NCBI GenBank assembly: GCA_964016885.1
Contig: OZ024742.1
Span: forward strand, 81,778,001 to 81,842,000
From: Eledone cirrhosa
Taxonomy: Eukaryota
Reading direction: 5' to 3'
DNA: 64,000 bases
Positions 57,930 to 64,000 of this stretch are shown in pieces. A program made the translations under genes and the position numbers. Under the pieces are notes generated by a model, which was not told where the DNA came from, did no database searches, and was given only the letters and a program-made list of their open reading frames with translations. Within the stretch, counting starts at the first letter, position 1. Every line of letters begins with the position of its first letter.

Positions 57930-58149
57930 TTATTCTGATGAAATGATAGTTGATAATAACATTGAAATATTGAGTGTCTGCATAATTAATTGTTTCTACT
58001 ATTGGCACAAGGCCAGAAATTACCCAGTACATTACTGGTACTTTATTTTATCGACCCCGTAAGGATGAAAGGCAAAGTCAACATAATTAATACTCTGTAG
58101 ATAGGAGCTGTTTTCAGGTTAATTAACTTATTGAAACATATGTCAATAA
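57930..58149 (+). ncRNA. Long-stem-II hammerhead of the 3' pLTR, with a SINE in the stem II loop
   Basis: ttatt CTGATGA aatgatagtt...aact(g)ttatt GAAA catatg TC aataa; the 5' pLTR copy has GAAA cacgtg TC. Confidence 0.7.
57991..58081 (-). mobile_element. 5'-truncated Octopus-type SINE with 10-bp TSD CATAATTAAT
   Basis: TSD at 57981-57990 and 58082-58091; empty site seen in the 5' pLTR at 54381-54390. Confidence 0.85.
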
Positions 58150-58183
58150 ATTCGTTTTAACTGAACTGTATCCATTTAAATCC

Positions 58184-58229
<46 letters not shown>

Positions 58230-58232
<3 letters not shown>

Positions 58233-58433
58233 ACGACTAGGACACCGACGGCTGAGCTCAAGCCGCATCGACGGCTAATTCTGGACTAAATCATTTAGTC
58301 CAGAATTAGCCGTCGAAACGGCTGGAGCTCAGCCGTCGGGGTCCTACTCGTTCCTATTACCCACTCTACTACCCTAAGTATTGAGTACTTTGGTGCGTTA
58401 TGGTCCACCTGGTTCCTTACCACATTTCCTTCG

Positions 58434-58434
<1 letters not shown>
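58230..58434. mobile_element. Fold-back stub of the Naiad pLTR family (another at 60351-60543)
   Basis: 58230-58290 is the reverse complement of 58295-58355; tail matches 25673-25810 reversed. Confidence 0.8.
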
Positions 58435-58508
<74 letters not shown>

Positions 58509-58559
58509 TATACATATATATATAGATAGATAAATCTCCCAAAATATACAGTAGTATCC

Positions 58560-58933
58560 AATCCGTATGAAGAACTTAATGTAATCCAAATATCATGAAA
58601 AGAGAAGATGCATTCAAATTTTTTCGATGAAAATCACAGGAAAACAGAGTCAAGATAAATTAATAAAAACAATGAATACAAACAAAGAAGAAGTTCCTTA
58701 TATTAAAAAATTCATTATTTTACGATCGTTTCTAGGATATATATATGTGTTGGTATGTATATCATATAGATCTATGTAAGAATATTACAAACTATCAGAG
58801 GAAATATACATACCTTCACATATATAATTCTTCTGAAGACAGCATATATATGTGAAGTTATGTATATTTCCTCTGATAGTTTGTAATATTTTTACATAGA
58901 TCTATATGATATACATACCAACACACATATATA
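58560..58933. repeat. Fold-back insert (arms 58739-58826 / 58845-58932) with hammerhead halves on opposite strands
   Basis: Plus: CTGAAGA (58834) then arm; minus: arm then GAAA cgatcg TA aaat (~58717-58732). Confidence 0.65.
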
Positions 58934-58934
58934 C

Positions 58935-60130
58935 TCCGGGTCCCTCGCTCTACTTGATTTCAGACTGAACATCTATGATAGCGGTGAAATCCACACCGAT
59001 TTCTACCGCAAAGTAACCAGCGGAGTCCCGTTTGTTCATTACAAATCTTATCTCCCCAACAGCTCTAAAAGAGAGTACACCTTCAACTAAATGGCTCGCA
59101 TACGTAACCGATGGAGCGACGCTGATACTAGAGCCACCCATATTAGACGATTCCACAAGGTACTAGAGATTAAATACTACCCAGCTTCCTTCTCCATCCC
59201 ACGACGAAACCCTAGACCCATAGACCTGACCAACACAGAAAACAGTTGCTTCGTCAAGATCCAACATGTCAGTGAGGAAACCACGCAAAGCCATCAGAAG
59301 AGAGGGCCCCAATATCAAAGTGGCTCACTATGCACCTTCCCTGCGAAAATTCCTCTCCACATGCCCCCCCCCTCCCTACGAGTTCAACGGATGCACCCTA
59401 GCCAACTGCCCCATCTGCAAGTTTAATTGTTGGCTATGTACCTACGTAGTATACAGGCTAGAATGTAACAAGTGCAATCTATTTTACATAGACAGCACTA
59501 TTCGACTGTTACATATCCGTATTAAAGAGCATGTTAACATCAACTCCTGTTTCTTCCACAAACACATCATCAAATGTGGAAACCGGGACAACATTATCAC
59601 CACAATCATAGCTACCGAACTCAGTATAGGCACGCTGACAATTAAGGAAGCCCTCTTAATCAACCAATTAAAAGTTAGGGTCAATAATGGAAAGGAAAGA
59701 GTACACTAATTTAAAAGCCTGTATTCCATCATCCCAGCAGCTAGTTTCATTCCTTCTTTCAAATTAAATTAAATCTATGTCTTCATACACACATACATAT
59801 ATCGCACACATATTTTTCCCGTTTTATTATATACATATTCGAATACGTCTTTCACTACATAAACTGATATTCATGCTCACACATAAACACATCCCACTAA
59901 GCACGCTTACAAACTTGCTCACACATACATATATCACATATTTCACAATACGCACCCTTGAAATTTAACGTCTTTTCATTTGATTTAACTTAAATCTGCT
60001 CTCCAAACAAGCAATTCTATCCGATCGATTGTTTAAGTCTCTCATAGATTTACTCCCTTGATAATTGGTTTTTAAACCCGAAAATATTTGGGATCATTAA
60101 ATTTTCAAATGTAATGTTCTTCCTACCACA
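58935..60130 (+). mobile_element. 5'-truncated PLE (GIY-YIG with Cx4Cx2C linker), U3-A8 HHR at 60054-60093
   Basis: TDFYRK (RT thumb, ~58994), GCTLANCPICK, VVYRLECNKCNLFYIDSTIR.LHIRIKEH, IKEALLI; tccc TTGATAA ttggttt-tt-aaaccc GAAA atat TT ggga. Confidence 0.8.
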
Positions 60131-60192
60131 TTGTTTGGGTTTTCAAAATTATATATATATTGGCAACATGACCCTCCCAAAGTATAACAATA

Positions 60193-60260
<68 letters not shown>

Positions 60261-60306
60261 TATGTATATATATATTTTGGTTTTCAAAATTATATACATA
60301 TATACA

Positions 60307-60353
<47 letters not shown>

Positions 60354-60540
60354 CGAAGAAATTGTGGTAAGGAACCAGATAGACCATAACGCACTAAAGT
60401 AATCAATATTTTGGTAAGTAGAGTGGGTAATAGGAACAAGTATTACCCCTATGGCAGAGCTCAAGCCTTTTAGACAGCTATTTCTGGACAGAAATAGCCT
60501 TCTAACAGGTTTGAGCTCTGGCGTCGGGGTCATACTTGTT

Positions 60541-60585
<45 letters not shown>

Positions 60586-60723
60586 TGTATAAATTGAGTT
60601 AGGAACTCTAAATAGTCTCTTACAACAAAATAACTCTAAGAAAGAGATATTTCTGAGCCGTATATTATAATGGAATATAAAAGAAAAGCGAACACAGATA
60701 TATAGATATATGTGTTCAAATCG

Positions 60724-60943
60724 TAAGGGACCTGACTCGCTAAGGTGAAAAGAATACTAATTATAGACAATTGGATTAGTATTTCTATTCACAATTAACT
60801 TTGCGAAACAACAAGTTGTCCTGGTGATTGGTAGTTACCACGATTCCGGTTTTTTTTATTTTCTTAATTTTTTCTTAAACTGAGACAAGCGAACCCGATT
60901 GTCTAAAGTTAGTATTCATTTGACCTTAGCGAATCAGGTCCTT
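60724..60943. repeat. Old fold-back insert (~50 bp arms)
   Basis: ggacctgactcgctaaggt..gaatactaa..tagacaat versus attgtcta..ttagtattc..accttagcgaatcaggtcc. Confidence 0.6.
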
Positions 60944-60987
60944 TAGAATTATATATATATATATTTTTCTTTTTTGATTTTCAAAAT

Positions 60988-61020
<33 letters not shown>

Positions 61021-61029
61021 GCGTATATA

Positions 61030-61168
<139 letters not shown>

Positions 61169-61479
61169 CTCTATATACATATACATATATATATATACAC
61201 ACATATGTATATACATAGCCATATGTGTATACAAGTGTCCATATGAATGTGTGTATGTACGTATATATACACACATGTCTATATATATATATATATATAC
61301 ACACACTCATTCATATTTGACGCTTGTATACACATATACATATGCTTACATATATGCACATAAAATAGGCGGAAATATGTAAATGAATATTTGCTGACAC
61401 ACGGGCATGCATGTATACACACAGTCAGTTAACTTCAGATGCACACATTCTGTTCTACATTGTATACGCTACTCATATT

Positions 61480-62350
61480 ATATGGTATTTTGTTCACTAC
61501 GCTATTCAGATCGCTGCTGATATGCAATAATCCAGCACACACTGAAAATACGATTCTCACACTTCCTGGATATTTCAGACAACAACACAGATAATAATAT
61601 ATTTATTTCAAGGTGTGCAATATCGTGAGTTAAATTAACCTTCTAAATTATATTGAAGACAAAATCAATGTAACATGTTATTACTTAAACAAAACATAAA
61701 AAATGAAATGATGACATTTGAAACTATAACGAACGACATTATTCAGTTTGCCTAAAAATCCTTGAACACGAACCATCGTATTAATATGGATATATATAAA
61801 AGAGAATGACACTCATATTAATTAAGATATTAAGGAAGGGTATCACGATGCAAAATAGTATATCAATATTCTTACTTAAACATTTCTGCCAAATTCATGC
61901 ATAGTATCAGATATCAGGTTGTTTTTTTCAAATCTGTATGGCCACAATCATTTTTCCGACACTGAAACAATTCTGCCAATCGAGCAACCTAAGTATCAAT
62001 GTCTAAATGATTTTCTCTACTTCGTTTTATCGTTTGATAGTGGAAATCTGTAATAAAGTCGAGTTATAGGTTAAATGCCTAACGAATCTACTCAAACCTA
62101 ACGCTGATTAATTTGGCACAGATTAAAGAAATGGATAATTATATTTATGCAAATATGAATATTTGTATTGTATAATTCGGTTTAAAATACGAAATTAATT
62201 TTATAAATATGGTTTAGTATGAGTATTTATATATATTATGTCAGATGTTAAACCTTATTCCCATGCCTCATATAATTATTATGAATGTTTTCCTTGCCTG
62301 CTAACTCACTAGTAGCATCAATCAAAAGCTATTTCTCAAATTTGATTTTG
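61480..62350 (+). pseudogene. Decayed LRR ectodomain, TLR-like remnant E
   Basis: 61560: HFLDISDNN; 61637: NLLNYIEDK; ~62040-62100: SGNL..CLTNLLK. Confidence 0.4.
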
Positions 62351-62429
62351 TGTGTTATAGACTGTGTTTCCTAAGTTGTCCCTGTAGATGCATGTATTAC
62401 AATGTCCCGAGTACAGATTTGATTACACG

Positions 62430-62880
62430 GGTATCGTAGACAACATCAATTTCATCCTTGGCTCTATAAGGCGAGGAGCACTAGATGCAGACGGTGACTA
62501 TTAACGTGATGAAGCGTTCATACATTGTTACTGTCATGCTGAGATATCGCACGTGGTCACAACCTTCCCTGACGTTACCTTCTTTTCGGAACAACTTATG
62601 GTTTGGCACTCTGATTTACTCACGATGTGTAACTCTGATCTCCTGTAGGATTGTGATCTTAATATTAAGAATTGTTATGTTTTGATAAAATACAGCACCT
62701 CTAAACCTGCAGATATTCTTAACTGATTGGGATCGTCTTGTAGCATGGTACAGGCAATCCAGTTCTATAGGAGATGTGAGAATATCATTAATTTGCTTCT
62801 CCTTATTGAGTGGATAAATCTGGTGGATGAACAAACATCAGGCTATCTTACATGATCTTACGAAGGTTTTTAGACACACG
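62430..62880 (-). mobile_element. Possible LINE AP-endonuclease N-terminal remnant (with possible upstream part at 63700-64000)
   Basis: NICRFRG...KITILQEIR resembles the APE NxxG..DIxxLQE motif; weak. Confidence 0.3.
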
Positions 62881-63133
62881 GATATATTTTTCCTGATTTT
62901 ACTTATTTTGCATATGTTATTATATCTCTAGTGATAGAGTATTGAGTGTAATTACTGGTTTATACCAGTGTTTCTCACCGTTTCAAATTGTTCTTTAATT
63001 CTTATAGAAACACGTGTAACGTCTATAAAATATCTTACTTTATTTCATCTGCGATATCAATCCATTAGGATTTATTTCCTCTGTACATTCATATAACCCT
63101 CCACTCACTCCTTCTCTCTCTCTCTCTCTCTCA

Positions 63134-63202
<69 letters not shown>

Positions 63203-64000
63203 GAAATCAATACTGACTAATCTTTAATAGACTGCGTTGATTTTCAAATTCCTGCGGTGTTTGGGTTTTTGCATCATTATTTTCTGGAAATAGTTGTATT
63301 AATGGTATAAATAACCATTTATATCAGATCTATTTTCAGGTTGTTATCAGGATTATTGAGAAAAAGAAATAATACAAAATGCGATACATTAGTTGTATTG
63401 AAATTTCACACTAAATATCGAATTAGACTATAAAGAATTAATTTTGGCACCAATAAGAAAATAATCAATACTATAGACTACATCTGATATTTTAAACCCG
63501 TAATCTAGGAATTATCCACCTAAGGTAAATTACCTTGCTCATTTCGAGTCTGACCATTTTAATTTAGCCACTAACATTTCTTTCCACACACACTCCAAAC
63601 TCTTTTAAAACAAATTATATATAGACATAGATAAAAAAAAAACTTTAGATTCCCTGAGAAATTCTTTGTTCTATCTGATCAAACAAACAATCTTAATTAA
63701 CTTGATCATGCTAACAACAATCCACTTCTGCATAAGACGATAAAGTTTATATACAAAAGAAAGTCACCCCTGTTACTTGACATATCAATGTTTAGGCAAG
63801 CATATAGCTACGATCTTCAAAGTCGATAACACCAAACTTGTTGCTTCGAGCACAAATGAGGATCTGACCGACCACTTTTTCTTTAGAGCAGTTTCCATCG
63901 AGGTATCAAATCTCCTTAATCCCCGCTCTGCTGATATTTCCCCGTAAGATCGGAAAGAGAGTAACACGTATGAGAAGAGATGGCTGAGGGATTGCTCAGA

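Larger units (their letters stand above)
54338..58188 (+). mobile_element. Near full-length Naiad-type PLE with direct pLTRs (54338-54489, 57938-58188); disrupted ORF 54654-56984
   Basis: SLKNIP, RRVRWK, FGFRT..PP, KADKT, FIQFDIDEYY, MGSKDSAEITDIVG, GIYRDDAL, VNFLDV, CNC..CPL..C, YVGST, CKFC..E, CRH; TAG/TAA stops and frameshifts; (TA)n on both sides. Confidence 0.92.

Overview
AT-rich eukaryotic (animal) genomic DNA packed with (TA)n, (CA)n, (GA)n and trinucleotide microsatellites, with a 200-N assembly gap at 34397-34596. The SINE family present looks like the common Octopus SINE, so a cephalopod origin is inferred. I find no intact protein-coding gene; almost all ORFs in the track are microsatellite artefacts or retroelement fragments. 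Two layers are visible. (1) Old host DNA carrying about five heavily decayed, same-strand LRR / LRR-CT / TIR remnants, read as a dead Toll-like-receptor cluster. (2) A dense overlay of mobile elements. These are mostly Penelope-like retroelements (PLEs): two near-full-length Naiad-type copies (one forming a 5.7-kb palindrome), two Neptune-type copies and one other GIY-YIG fragment. There are also many short non-coding inserts at (TA)n tracts. By eye about 25 type-I hammerhead ribozyme (HHR) motifs from more than a dozen sequence-unrelated families sit in these inserts. Several carry a compensatory U3-A8 core, several have very long stem II, several lie in tandem (317, 420, 1274 nt periods; retrozyme-like), and many inserts are fold-back inverted repeats. 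Tx1/L1-like and R4-like LINE remnants, SINEs and a non-autonomous Helitron are also present. All calls were made by manual reading; boundaries are approximate and no search or folding program was run.
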